Shown: positions 29,601-42,000 of the stretch, piece after piece | Position numbering within the stretch: the stretch's first letter is position 1 | Layout of the letters: every line of letters starts with the position of its first letter | Origin: a virus | Taxonomy: Duplodnaviria; Caudoviricetes | DNA length: 64,000 nt | Reading direction: 5' to 3' (one strand) | IMG/VR virus record: IMGVR_UViG_3300050509_000509 | Coordinates: 1-64,000 of that record | Translations under genes and position numbers: made by a program | Notes under the pieces: generated by a model | Database searches by the model: none | Told to the model about the DNA's origin: nothing | Seen by the model: the letters and a program-made list of their open reading frames with translations, nothing else

Positions 29601-30091
29601 ATTACTGAATAGATATGTGTTGGCTTCTCAACATTCAGACCCGCTTGTGCATCCACTATATAATCTTCCATGTCATTATGTACCATGAAGTCAGCAGCCA
29701 TATCTATTGATATGTTTATACCTACTGTAAATCCCATCTCTGAGATGAGCCCGGCGATTACGTCGTTTAGAGTGGGTGCTGTATTTCCTTCGAGCCAATC
29801 TTTAAGTAGGTCAATTTGTTCTTTGGGAGCTCTTGTCTGCAGTAGCTTACGGAAAAATACCTCAGGTCGCTTTTCTGCCTTATAGAAGCGTTCGAACCAT
29901 CCTTCGACAGGTGGCTGCATGAGAGCATTAACAATTTGCAAACCGTAATTCACTCCCTGCACACTTGGTGTGTAATTGTTTGGATCTGGAATCTGCTCGC
30001 CGTGACGAATGAATTCCGAGAATGCATTATACAAACCTATTTTGCCCACCAATTCTTGCCATTGTGGTGAGTTCACGTTCGGACAAGCCAT
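23687..30091 (-). CDS. Large virion cargo/ejection protein (2134 aa), polyvalent-protein-like
   Basis: Follows the RNAP gene as in crAss-like phages. NYREI..GH..F..GWFR..EIQSD domain and a degenerate zincin-like EEAMH. Confidence 0.65.
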   Translation of the reverse strand: MACPNVNSPQWQELVGKIGLYNAFSEFIRHGEQIPDPNNYTPSVQGVNYGLQIVNALMQPPVEGWFERFYKAEKRPEVFFRKLLQTRAPKEQIDLLKDWLEGNTAPTLNDVIAGLISEMGFTVGINISIDMAADFMVHNDMEDYIVDAQAGLNVEKPTHIYSVIDSDGNTMFKTDSLPEAEKETERLNDSRKLRPTQYYENISVRGGTNYREIEIRTPEIVPIVQGHGQFASRHGIGWFRSDDKVFVPADKNFYAMYKREKGVEGEYEDIVHEDDFQEWVEGKQREAAKIEAAQAKTRRILEIQSDMFQKSRKEKDLAGEFLKVTAKSRIRELDEAAQGKTEIEFDGYLYEKRTSRYPGGGDDIHVDIDWFRIRKVGLNPENNFLQLLNIDNNWVKFFVRSIIQDSARKEYKRVRFPTGNTASKIQGHDTVETFITEREDRIARLDREIKHIEELQEKLKDAETNGFENQVFKFIVKGSEYFYQQLDGDQTITDIPKSFFDSQLEKLRDTLQESLGSSLLEKQAFEREVEDLRGPDGVQKFSAIAKFYEADIYNILRKQGLKPERVKDEYDNEWFEVSIDPKKAAKPIFLQQGSQTIPGRASAQTIARVEEFLDRIGVTVRTADGFIMNGKKVNINGIAYPLEGLIYVVNGKQDVALTEEAMHVAVEIVEQTNPALFKEMMNSIGSYNIFSDVVAEYRHMGFYQNKDGSPDIVKLKKEAIAKVLAATIVDRAQDINERPDFLVRTQTWWQKILDWLKILFNRAGMNPFESLASDILTGKEIGKVSDLTGDKSAGREFLQVDEDLYSKLNNVHANLARTETGYELDGTEIRRTIIGEVEKFYERRLRKRTLSDIAQANQDFREETEGRAKEDIQSILDRYIDDNGALRDNPLEQTIPSVLDPYNSTFYNTLEGAIAERLRAYPAGTRFLKKVNILDDKTNMAGTVDLIAILPNEDIDVLQFKVPGLTGLRRDIPTWVQEAYNIEIEAIRRILQNGYGVPRNKFRQTRAIPMRANYEYNILGEARSGLKVSSITIGGLDATLIQDDVLLPVPSLSETTGEEQFDRFLSRLRGLVRKLADERVPPDKRLEKGQRIAQLVAAIRKLQVQKKAEDIISSGRTIVRRQQEKFQKLQEKIAQTNPDEASIGELNEIADAILDEKDQVELYADMNKVFREVYTDDSEASKKYIEDARKVSDDAQDMLNRYWKMSVDFRKNKMAAKMGIRDEFTPEKQLSWYRRMIRSLSQSSLRAGAILWGLVKNINNRIDLEFQARLTRLKELEDAVDAWLRGKRVKELYRHILQIDKEGRWNGRFVQKYSRDFYSSLREAQEKTNLKWVIDNIDVDAYKAWYLEEHKRLIENAKTTRVHEDDAENQRRIVQSLQDFVNTYSISTSRGVNRNNYRLKDFPKPGKWESDEYKELLKPENKALLDLYNYWIDRLEESLESGMIDEHNGWSWFPNVRRNLLEKLTTAPGGNKLGSLFGGLRIEREDTSFGKIDPLTGKPIDEVHASFVSDLGEWVQGADGKYFLDYSEKSMDIFKVMALWEREIIKYRLRTESEGIARLLHYTEENRMAYKTKRTGGIDRDESGYPIIISNDINTRYIKEHIDAIYYNKNLSDESDVAIEIPYGTAVRRINKLLGRKVLDEPEQDTITVSGVKALNALNRFYVAKTLGLNVFTSASNLFGGTVNTYINQGRFFSKKDVLESELQLVSGRFYGPLRNQKQAGLLAMLHPYTDNVTAKDIRNRSVSWAVRWLSSDHLFFLQRGSETAVNSVIAMSHIKNAAVIDGKIVNIREYMRKQMGYQDKYSGTYEEAQEFERELDRRVEEMQESPQALLNYVNIVDDQIIIPGISNDAQTVVDFRHLMLQTSRDALGNTSREDLSLYKRSIMWQSFFMFKNWIPRMLDVRAQSLKFVPGSQKYEWGRIRMLGDALRKGALGNISNLKYYLTGSAEPLVEIARRAYKEKQREFVEQEDRLEMNEAEFIDMYIKGVRSEVKELLLALSLMGILLAVRSAEPDEGDPEVRGMYKWMLRGLDKLQDEVSFFYNPISFTNIVNGSVFPAVHLLVELERFIGTGILKGWYYMLGDRESERYAEDLKPSKYLFRMLPITKELLTYLAIFNEDIAKEYNIRVQSRYGVFR

Positions 30092-30095
30092 AACT

Positions 30096-33000
30096 CTATG
30101 AAGGTTTTATGCAGTTATCTATCTTGTTCTGTATATCATCACCGGATGGTCGACTCAGTCTGAATTCAACCTGGTAGGATCCTACGAATTTCTGATTCTT
30201 TAGATGTGCTACTGTCCAGTTCTCTTTCTGTGACCACTGCTCCATGAATTCCTTGTTCTTCAGATCTTCCTTAGTGATCTTGTGTACATCTATCACTTCT
30301 ACACTTACGATCCTGCCATCCGGAGAACCAAAGGTGAGGGTTTTCCCCTTCATTTCCATCGCATTTGGTATATAGCCTTTTGCTACATTATGCCAATAGC
30401 TACGAGTTGTAGATGTGCGCTCTCCTTTCACTATTTGGTCAAAGGTGGTAGTATCCTTTCCTATAATATTCAGAGCTGCCGGCATAGGGAAGTCCATAGG
30501 TTCAGGTAGAGGCAAATGGTTTGGATCAGTCTCTACTATTTTTAGTGGTGCATCAGGCATGTTAGGGTCAGGAGAACGATTACCTTGGTCATCCTCGCTG
30601 GGATCATCATCGCCTTCATACTTACGCACTATATCAAATAGCATCTGATCACTAGTATTTGTAGGAAATCCTGCTCTGGATAATGCATATATAAGTGCAT
30701 CATCTGTATACTCCTGGACTTTTGGATTTAGCGGTAGCACAGAGGGTTTTGCTTCAGCATAGAACTCCTGTGTTGTAGCATCTCCCCATGCATTGATCTC
30801 TCTGAATAGTATTCTTCCCTTTGTAACAGAAAGAGGAGCTCTTCCAAAATCTCCAAAAGTATCTACCCTTACGAACAAACGTGGGATGACACCTATGAAC
30901 ACTCCTTTCTCATCTCTGAGAGGGTCGAGGATCTTGACAGCACGGAAACCTTTATACTTCCAAGCCTGTAGATTTAACACATTACCTGGCTTCTCTAACT
31001 GTGTGATCTCTTTAAGTGCTTCGGTAATCTTCGCTGATCTCAGATAGGTATAAATCAATGGAGAAGTTGGATCCTGTGGATCGAGCTGCTCCATTTCTAC
31101 CTGTGGAACGAGTCTGTTATTCGTCCATAATGCCCGATAGAACGTATAATTGTTATAGAAATTCTCAAACTGCTGATTCTTAAGCGACTGCTGGGTAAAT
31201 TCAGAATATGTGACGTTTGGAATCAGATGACTTATTGAATTGGAGCCACGCTTAGAGCCGCTTTGTATCAGTGCGGCAAGTACCAGGTTCTTGTATATCT
31301 GTGCTACAGTTCTATCATCAGCCTCATTGTTATTGATACTTATCACTGTGACATCATCCTTCATTTCGCGGAATGCATCTGTCCATACGTTTGAAGTATA
31401 TGTATCATAGTCACGCTCCAGCAGATTTATTACAGAAGGGTATCCCTGCCTGGAGTCTATACTGGCAATAAGATTCTTGATAAAGGGATTGTTTGCCAGC
31501 CTTTTGTCATTAGACTTCTGAAGAGCACGGATATAACGGGCCACGGCTTTATCGCCAAGCATTAATGGATAGATGAAAGTATTCAGTGACTGACCGGCTA
31601 TATTAGAGCGCGTCTGGATCAGGTAATCTACCATAGCCAGTTCAGCTGCAAGCAGCAGACTTCTACGCAATTGCTCGTTGAGACCAACCTGGTTAAACAG
31701 ATCCCATGCAATCTTGTCAAGGATGTCCCCCCCCTGACCTGTTTGCACTCCAATAAGTGTACGAAGGGCCCTATCCAAACGTTCTGTGCTACGCTTCATT
31801 GCACCTATAAAAGTACTACTCATCACCTTTGTTACAGGTGAGATTGGCAGACCATTGGCCTTATCAAAACGAAGCTGCTTAAGCCGTATTGCGTTTGGAT
31901 CATTAAGTCTGGCAGTATCCCAGTTGTAACCCTGATAGAAGTGGAATAAATCCCATGCCAGTGCTTCGTAACCTTCATACCTGCCTACTGCCCTGTTGAA
32001 GCGAGTATAGTCATCAAGTATCATCAACTGTAACTTCTTCTGAGCAGCATTCAATTGCTCACCTTGCGCAATAGCCCTGATCATTTCTGTCATCTGTTCG
32101 ATGGTATAACGCTTAGGTTTATTCTTTAATTCCTTTCGGTCTTTGCTCACTCCACCGAACTTTGCATATACACGATTGAGTAATCTCCAGTCTGGCAAAC
32201 GTATTATCCTTGGATTGATGGATGAGACGGAATTGTGAATAGCTTTCAGTTTCAGGAACTCCTGTATTGAGGGTTGGTTGATATAGAGCACTGCCCATTC
32301 AGGCGAAGCACCCATTCTTACCAGAGATAGAAAGTTCTTAAGCGTATCTGAGGTAATGCCCATTTCTGCAAGGAACTTGTCTTTTGATACGTCCACACCA
32401 CCATCCGTAGTCTGTGAATTGATGTTAGAAATAAGCTTATTTGTGCCAGCTATATGAAGACCACTTAACGTGAGTTTTCCATTGATGTAGTTAGCCGCAA
32501 ATCGTGCTTCTATAGAAGGATCTTCTATTATCAGGCCACCCTGCATGTTCTGAGAAACAGCATGTGCTGTCTGAGATACAGCAGATGTGCCTACCACACC
32601 TTTCGATGCCATGTAAGCCTGTCTCTCCTGCATCATATACATGCTGTCTACCAATCTTCCATAATCACCAAGGGAATTTTCCTGTGTGTCCAGACCTTTT
32701 ATCTTCTTTAGTTTGTCACGTAAATCTTTCAGATCTGATGCATCATTAGGTGCTACCAGGCTGGCATATTTCTCAGGAAGGCTCATCAGATCCTCGATTG
32801 CATCAAAGAACTCATTCTCCATTGCCTGCATAGTAAGCTTGCTGGTAAGGAATTCCTTTGTTTTACCAAGGAAGTCGCGCGTGATAGCCTCATCAGTGAA
32901 CATGGCCATTACAGCAGGAATGCGCATGAGCAGGTTATTTTCATCCAGATCTTCGGTTTCTTCTGCTATGATTCTATCCAACTCTTCCTTCTGCTGCCTC

Positions 33001-36000
33001 GTTATGACATTACCTGAGTCAAGAAGCTGTCCGATATATTCTTTCGTTTTCTCGATAGATCCTTTCCATTCTACCATCTTAGGATAACCTGTCGCATTAT
33101 CAACATAGAAGTTGTACAAGTACATATTGATCTTATCAATATCAAAATCAGAACCTGCTTTCACAGTAATCTCAGATGGGAATATTGCAACAGATCCCAT
33201 CTGCTCAGGAAGGAAATCCTTTACTGTGAAAAAATCAATTGAGTTAGGACCTTGCGTAGGAATACGGAAACCTACACCACGTAACAATCTCTGTCCTTCT
33301 TTTGTGGTATTCAGATATTTTATCACCTCTTCTTTCGTTCTCAGAGAACCTTGTTCTAACAACTTCTTTCCAAACCAGTAAGGAAGCATTATTTCACATC
33401 CCACGGTCTTGTCCTCTCCCCGTGTATAAAACTTTAATGTATCACTTGTATATACAGGTTTCCCATTAACCATACGTTTTATTACACGTGCTCCCTTTTC
33501 CCACCCTGTTACAGCAAGGAGCGTCTTCTGTCCACCATTTACAGTAGGACGCATGATAGTGCGGTCCATCACAGAATATAGAATATCCCTGATCTTCTTA
33601 TACTGTGCGTTTGCTTCTAAGGGTTGAGCGAAGTCTCCTGTGGCTGGATCAATCTCCAAACCATATGCAATATTCCTTGGAAGCTCCCTACGCTCCAGCT
33701 CTCCGAGAAGGAATTCACTTACGCGTTGTCTATCATTGATGACTGGCTGATCATTTACCATTGTGATACCAAGTTTGCGCATTGTATCATCAACACGAGC
33801 CCATGTAAGTCGCTCTATAGCATCATCATGTCGTTTGACTTTTTTGTAGATCGCAGAAGATCTAAGTTTCTCTTTTTCTTCCAACTTGTTCCAGCTATCG
33901 TATGCCTCGTCCTCAGTAGAGAATTGCGATATATAGTCAATAGGCACACCATTGCTCATCAAATCGGCAGTAACCATCTTTCTGGCTTGCGAACCCTCTG
34001 TCTGACCTTTTGATTTCTTAGATTGCTCTACCTGCACACCCATAAATTTATGAGGGATATATTCGGGTATGGCTTTGCTGATAGCAAGTCCATTTATATT
34101 TCCATTGGTATCATAGAGTGATACCAGACCATCTCTTTGTATACCTACTTTGTGGGCGCTTTCCATGCGTACATAGTCAATACCATCTTCCTGCATGCGA
34201 TTATACAATGTGCCGAGCTTAGTGCCCTTCACCCATCTATAGAATAAGGGAGCCCAGGATGCTTTATCCAATGAGGCAAGAGCATTGCCATTTACTACTT
34301 GCATACCTGAATGTACCAGCTTCAGGATAGGGAACTCAACAGTTGTGTCAGCAGGAGCTTTGAGTAACTCATTATCTGCAGCTCTCAGAGAGTCGGAAGT
34401 ATAGGTATAGAGCCCTTCTTTGGCTCTATCCTGACGCTCCCAGGCCAATTCCCATTGGAATTGTCTCTCCTGTACATTAGTGAACCTACCACCTGATTTC
34501 CATAAGATCTCCCGGTAGGCTGTATTAGACAGGTATGCTTGAGCATCTGCTTCGTTGCCCTTTCTATAAGGCTTCGCCTTTTCAGCTCCGATTGCATCCT
34601 CTATTTCGTCTATCTGGTTGGATTCAAAATCTATGTCAAAAACTGTGATAGTTGTAGCGAATTCTCCAAAGTGGTGCCATCCGGGGTCTCCTTCCTTGAG
34701 AAGGACCTCGTTGTTCACCATGTTTAGTGCTGTATTCGCCCACTGGTCAAACCCTTCAGAGGTTTCCAGTGTGTCGACGTGCATGACCTCTCTTCCTGAG
34801 AGGAACGATTTGATACGTTTCAGCTCATCTTTATACTGTGCAGGGTCTCCAAAGAAGAACTTATGCAGCTCAATATTATTAACGATATAGTTCATTTCAC
34901 GGAAGCCCAGTAATCTTACTACTTCCGTGCGTGTAAAATGTTGTCTCTTTCCCAGGTATGTATCCAGGAAGGTTCGATCAAATCCATTTAGCCTGTACTC
35001 ATTTCCATCTGTGCCTGATATGCCTATAATCTTCCAGTCAATGAGATTGTTAAGTACTGCTTCTGCTTTGCGCTCTGCAAACTCTCGAATGATAGGACGT
35101 AGCTGCTCCTCCGTAATAATTCTGTCCAGGGGATGCTCATTGTCAATCACCGAGATATGAATCTTATCGACAATCTCCTTTGGTAGAATATCTTTGAAGA
35201 AGCGTAGTGAGTTACCTACAGTCCTGTCCGCTATCTTTCTATTTAGTGCTACGATATCTGTACGATCACCATAACCTTTGGCCAGTTCCACTTCTGTGTC
35301 CAGCCAGTTATACATTAGTTTGGTAAGGCGTGTTATTTCATTAGAGCGACTTGAATCATCCCCAAAGAAATTCTGTGCATTTAGGAACGTGCCCGAATTT
35401 ATAGCCCATTCTGTCTTGGCATCTGCAGGGAGCAACGTGTAGAACACGCCATTTAGGTTATTATTAATCTCGTACAGCTGACGTTCAGCTTCAGTAAGCT
35501 TTGAAGCTGATCGGTTATCCTGGTTCCATGTCTCTCTTCCTTCCACTACACCCAGTTGAACTGCACGGTTGAACTTACCATCCGCATCGAAGATTACACT
35601 GTTTAACAGCCATGAGTCTTCATGGAATATGTCGTTGAAGTATCCCATTTCCTTCTTGCTGAGGAATTCATCCCTGGTTGCTGAACTGTTCGCATCATTC
35701 AATACTGTAGACACGAAATTATTCAGCACAAAATTGCTCGTAGGTTCATTATCCAGATTCGGGTGCTGTGACTGCGTATCATCACCTGTTATATTGGTTA
35801 CATAGATTTCTGCCAGGTCGCTCAGGCGGGAGTCAAAATCCATATGCTTTGCCGACATAATAGGGATCTGAGTCTTCTCCCTGGCAGCTTTCTCTATAAG
35901 AGATTTTATATTGTTGACTGCCTTATTGAATTTTGCCTGATCGCGGGCAGATAGCCTGTCGTACTCTTTTTTCTCTATATCAATACCTACTTTGCTCAGG

Positions 36001-39000
36001 AATCGTAGATTATCTGCAATCCCTATCACAGATGGCGAGAATATAAATACGTTCTCTCTGCTGGCCATCACTATACCCGATCCCTTTATATCTGCTATCC
36101 AAGCTTGCTTTATCTGATCTATCTTCGAGTTTAGCACACTGGTCTTGAAGAAAGTATTGCGCTGGAAATCCACAAACTGTCTGAAGAATTCAGGCTTCTG
36201 CTTGGAAAGGGTATTCTCCAGCGAAAGCAATAGTTTGGCCTGGTTAGGAGTCTTGCCTTCGAATCCCCTATCGAAGCTCAATCTGTTAATCAGGCGTTGT
36301 ACATTCGCATCTATTGGCTTACGATGCTCCCGATCAGATGTCATCTCCTTGAGACGCTTCACAATATCATACAGCCCATTTATATTGGATGTATTGTGTA
36401 GCATATAGTTGAATACCTTCGCATATTGGACCTGTTTAGGCAGGAACATTAGCGAATTATCCCTTTTTATGCCAATCAGCTGCGGGTTACGAGCAGCTCC
36501 TATAGATGCTGCAGTTGCCTGCTGCCAGTAAGAATCTGCCATTGTAGCAATCAGCAACTTCACCTTTAGCGAAGCTGAATTCTTGGCATCAATCCTAAAT
36601 ATATCGCGATCATATTCAACCTGATTTGCACTGTCTCCTACTACATCTTCTTCTACCTCTTCTGAGAAAGCAATATTTCCTTCATCATCTATCACAAACT
36701 CAACATTGAACACGCGCATATATCGCTTGTGTTCTCTTGTAAAAGAAGGCCAGTTATCCTTGATACGTTGCCAGTTCTCCAGTATAGATCTTATCTGGTT
36801 TCTCATAGCCTCACGATCATCATCTTTAGTCAACCTTTTATACCTATCATTGAATTCGGCAGCTAGTGTATCTCCATATTTTGGATCTGTCTGCTCGAAA
36901 TAGTGAACTAATCTTGACCGTAGCTTTTCATACAATATCCACGAAGCGGCACCTCCCCCCTCTTCTATATTGGAGACAATATCCGAGGCTTCGCGATATG
37001 CTTGCTGGAACATTTCTATCGTCATCCCTTGCAATACATCCTGTACAAATGCTTCAGAGAATTGCTCAAGACCTACTTCACGGAATGCAGATTCTGCTGT
37101 ATCTCTGAGAGGAGTAGAGTAGTTGCGGTAATACCCCTGATTCATACGTTTGAACAGGAGATTCACATCATATTCGTCACCAAAGATGATACGTTTGATG
37201 AAATCAAGTAATCTGCGCAGAAAGCTCTTAGCTTTTGGACCCTGTGGTAATGTGCCATTCAGCTTGTAATCACGGAACTCCTCAGCAATCTGTTCCTTCG
37301 CTTCCTTAAGACTTGCTTCGGAAAAGTTCTTGGTCTGGCCGGTGAATGTTTTAAAAGTACCATCACGGCGCAGAAACTCATTATATATATCCTGCTGCTC
37401 GCTCCCCGAAAGGAAGTGATTCCAAATTACTTCGAATGCTTCATGGTATACAGTTCCTACTTCGGCATGCTTGTATATATATACCATCTTGTCACGTAGT
37501 GCACCCCAGGCAAATCCACCTGAAGTAGTACGTAGCAAGTGATCTGTCTGACGGATCAGAATATCATCTGGTATAATACGATGGAACTCCTTAAATTCCT
37601 CAGCGAGATTGGCTCTTTTGTAATCGTTATTAGCAGGGTTGAAAGCACGATACTGATCATCTCCTTCTTTCTTTCCTCCGTTACCACCAAGCCAGGGCAT
37701 GTCATTGCCACTATTGGTATCATCCTTCTTTATCTGGCTCTTACGTATATTATCGAGAATAATCTGCTTGACTACCTCTGGTTTTGTAAAGGGCTTAATA
37801 GGTTTGCCCTCCTCTATAATACCTACAGGTGTCAGATCTATTATATTGTCCTGGGCATCACGAACTACATCTTTGAAAACAAGTTTTACCAAGCTTCCTC
37901 CCAGATCGACCTCTACCCACTGTAGTTTTTCTGCTGCACCACCTACTCCTTGCGTCTGCGCAGCCTGTTGTGGTATGGGCTGCTGTGGTTGAATGGGGGG
38001 AGGAGTTGGGGATGAGGTTGGCTGTCCTGACGCACGGGCGTACAGATGACTGTCAAAGTCAATTCCCTTCAGGACGGAATATTTTTGGACAATAGGTACT
38101 TCTCCTTCCATAGGCACAACAATGTGTGTTGTCAATGGAGGTTCGCCCCTATTCTTACCATCAGGAGCTTTCGAAGAGAGTAGGTAATAGTTGTAATTCT
38201 TCCATCTGCGTGCAACCTTTACTTTACCATCATATACGTCAAGTTCAGCAAATTCAAGATCGTTTGCCTTGGGATTCCTTGCAATACGAAGTAGCTCCGA
38301 ATTATTTGTTACATGGTACAAATCATTTAGGAAATCTACTATTCTTCCCCGGTGTAAATCCAAACTGGCTGGCGCTAATTGTATAGGATCCTTTGACGTT
38401 CCTAAAAACAGGCTTGATCCATCTATTGTGATAGAGTTCGGTCCAGCCATAATACCCTTCTTTGGGTTTGCCAGGTATACTACCTTATTCAGGAATTTGA
38501 ATAGAGCTGACTTATTCTCAGTTGATGAGCGATCAGATATCACTTTCAGTAATTCGAATATATTTGCTGCTTCACTCTGTGTAAGCTTACGTGTGTTCAG
38601 GAATTCAAGATTGCCCCCAAAATTGAGTAATGGGGTTCCGAGAGGCATATTAATACCTGCTTTTGCTGCTGATATACCCTCTCCAGATGCATTATATGCA
38701 CCAAGAACAGCTACATTACCTTGTGTTGCCACAGTAATAATAGGCAGGTCCATATCTTCCTCGCGGATAAGTTTGGATTCTACCACGCTATTACGTGTAT
38801 CGTAGTTTGCTACATTCGGTCTTCCACGACTTACATAAAACTGGAAGATGGGGGTTCCTTCAACAGAATCAACAGCGAGTATTTCTGCTCTCTTCTCTCT
38901 CCACCAATCCTGGACCTTTTTCTCGTCAAGGTTCTCTTTGTTAGTATAGCGCGGACCATTCTGGAAAGTAATATCTGTTGAAGCCAGATTAGTATAGATC

Positions 39001-42000
39001 AAGCGGTTGGGATTTGCCTCGCGTGTGATTTGGCTGAGTACATTCCCATTTTCGTCCACGTAGTAAAGCTCCCTCCCCTCTCTGAGAGCGATGATCTTAT
39101 CGAGTAACTCCTCGCTCCCGGTAAGCTTAATCATTTCATCTCGGGCAGGTGTACCATAGTCAGCTCCCTCCTGAGTTAATCCTACTGCTTGCTGGTAGAT
39201 GAAGTCGATAAAATCACTATTTACTTCCCACATCTTGAAAGTCCCGGGCATTTCAGGCTGCCGCTGCGTAAGAGCAGCTATGATTTCATCATGGGCCTTT
39301 TGAGGATCAACATTCATATCCACTACATATACTGCACGGATAGATGAATTATTCGGATCGTCGCCCTTATCAGTAATCCAATCTTCAGGAAATCCGAATA
39401 ACTCCTGCGTTTTAGCTGTGATAGGAATGATTCGCAACTTCCCTTTATTCTCCTGATTGAACAGTTCAGGATTACTGCTTCCCAGATTAAACAGGAAATT
39501 CTGATGCCTGCGTTGGAAATTATCATCCGGCGTAGTACGTACGTTATATGTAGGATCTGTAGTTGAATACAGACCGAATGCAAGATCCTTCTTGTCTTCT
39601 CCAACTACTACATTACCAGGCTGATCGTTAGGTGGGGGAGCACTTCCATCTTTCGTTGTTGCATCATCCACCTCTTCATTAATGTCTTCTGTGAACTTAT
39701 CTTCCCTGAAGAATACATCATTTGGCACAACTGCTGTTGAACCATCTTCCTTCTCTATAACTACCCCATTTGGGTTCTGACCACGTACTTTTACCCTTTC
39801 CGGGTTAACAGCTGGGTTCGGATCAATATTGACGAAATACCATGCGTCCTGATCGAATATGAACTGCTGATTCTGGGGAGATTTTACAATTACACTCGTA
39901 GGTGTCGTCTGCTGTGTAGTTGCTTTTGCTGGGGCGGGCGCAACAGGTGCAGTGGCAGGCTGAGGAGGGGTACTAGCTTTCTGCTGCTCTCTGGTTATAG
40001 TATTGAAATATTTATTGAACCCTTCTTCGGAAGAGAGCTTTTCAAATGCTTCGTTCGCAGCTTGCTTCATTTTCTCCAACCTATTCAGGTCTATACCATA
40101 TTGGATAAGCTGGTTTACTGCTTCCTGAGGGATAGTAACACGAGGTTCATCTGTCTCACCATTAGCTATAAAAGTGAGTATATCAGCAAATATTCTGGCA
40201 TATTTATCACCAGAAAGTTCTTTCTCAGAGAGTGCTGACTCAAGGGCTTTTAAATGCTTATTCAAAAGGTTGGCCCTTTTGGTATCAGCCTCACGATCAG
40301 GAGAAGTTTTATCATCCAATGCACGCTGTAATACTCCAGCTTCTTCCTTTAACCGGTTAATATATCTCTTTACAGAATCTCTGTTAGTGAGCATGCGTAC
40401 TGCCTGAGGGCTCACTGCTGGTGTTATAGCTGATATGGCCAGTGCAATTGTACCTTCCCTACGTGTAGCTTCAGGTAATACACGAGCCAGATATACCAAC
40501 TCGTCTTTCCATTGATTGAATTGGTGATATTTTTCATTCTCCAGCGACTGTTCTGCATTGGCCGCACGAGATTTATATGCAAAGGGGTTAGTAAAGGTAT
40601 TCTCAATCAGGTTATATGTATCTCTGATAGATATTGCTTCATTCCGAAGTGCATCTACGTATTCTGTAACAGTACGTACATTTTCAGTTGTCTTATCAAG
40701 TCCAAACGCCTTTTTGAACTCCTCATCACTCATATCCTTGAGCATATTGAGTTGTTCTATTCTAACATCGAACCTATTTGCTCTGAGACCACTTACTACG
40801 AAATTTACGAACTGCTCATGCTGGAAGTTCTTGTACTTGAATACATCATTATTACGAGCAGCTTCTTTCATATCCTCAGCAATACGCTGAGATTTTACTG
40901 CTGCGTCATAGTTATTACGGATAGTACCTGTGATACCTTGAGAGTTTAGCAGATTAAGTACTGCCATTCTCTCCTGATCATTTCGTGACTTAGACAGCAC
41001 GTTCTGTACGCCACCAGTTAATGCACCAGTGATAGCTCCAAGGAATACGCTTTCCAGGCCAGAATCTGTCCCATATGCACCTTCCATCCCCTCTGAGATG
41101 GAATGCATGATATTGTTCATCTGGCTGCGCGCATCCCACGGAGTTTCGTCCTTCATGTACTGTGTACCTGGGATTCCCTTATCGTAGAGATAATTTCTTA
41201 CATAATAGTTTTCTGTACCAATCTGTGTAGCATATTGTCCACCTTCTTCGAAAATACCTTCACTAAAAATAGAGGGTGCTACAGGACGTATCTTACTCCA
41301 TATTTTGCCAGCAACTGTTGAAGGAACCACTTTTTCAAACACATCTATTGACCCTTCTCTGAGACCTATTTGCGATGCACTCAGCTCTTTTTGTATAGAT
41401 GATCGGAAACCAGCCTTTGCTGCAGTAAACGGCTTCAAAAAAGTCTCAAATTGTATTGCATTTGATATACCAAGAAGTACCAGATTGATACCAAATCTCG
41501 TATTGCCTGCTGCTTTTGCATATCTCTCTATATCTTCCAATTCTTTGCCTGTTGCAGAGTAACCATTTTCGCGCTGGTAAGCTGTGAGCAATTCCTCACG
41601 GACTGTATTATATCCTTCGCGGGCTTCGAATCCTGCTTCAGAGGCGGCAGATCCATATAATGCAAGCGCATAACGCGTACCATTGAGTGCTCTGGTAGCA
41701 GCAGCTGCACGTGCCAGTGATTCAAGTTGTACAAGCTGCTGAGGCGTCCGCCCCACAGCCTGTCCGAGTGCCATTAAATCTGATACCTTATCTGCGCCTG
41801 TGAATATCTTGTTTAAATATAGTGCTGCTCTACCAATCTGGTTAGCAACCAATGGGATTTCACCTATTCCTTTTGTCGCAGCAGCTACTATAAGATCTGT
41901 TGCAACAGCACCACCAATTGCACCTATGGTAAAGCCAAGATTCTTCAGAAATTTATCACCCCAGAAGTTAGCAAAGCCCCCGGAGAAAGGGACTGCGCTC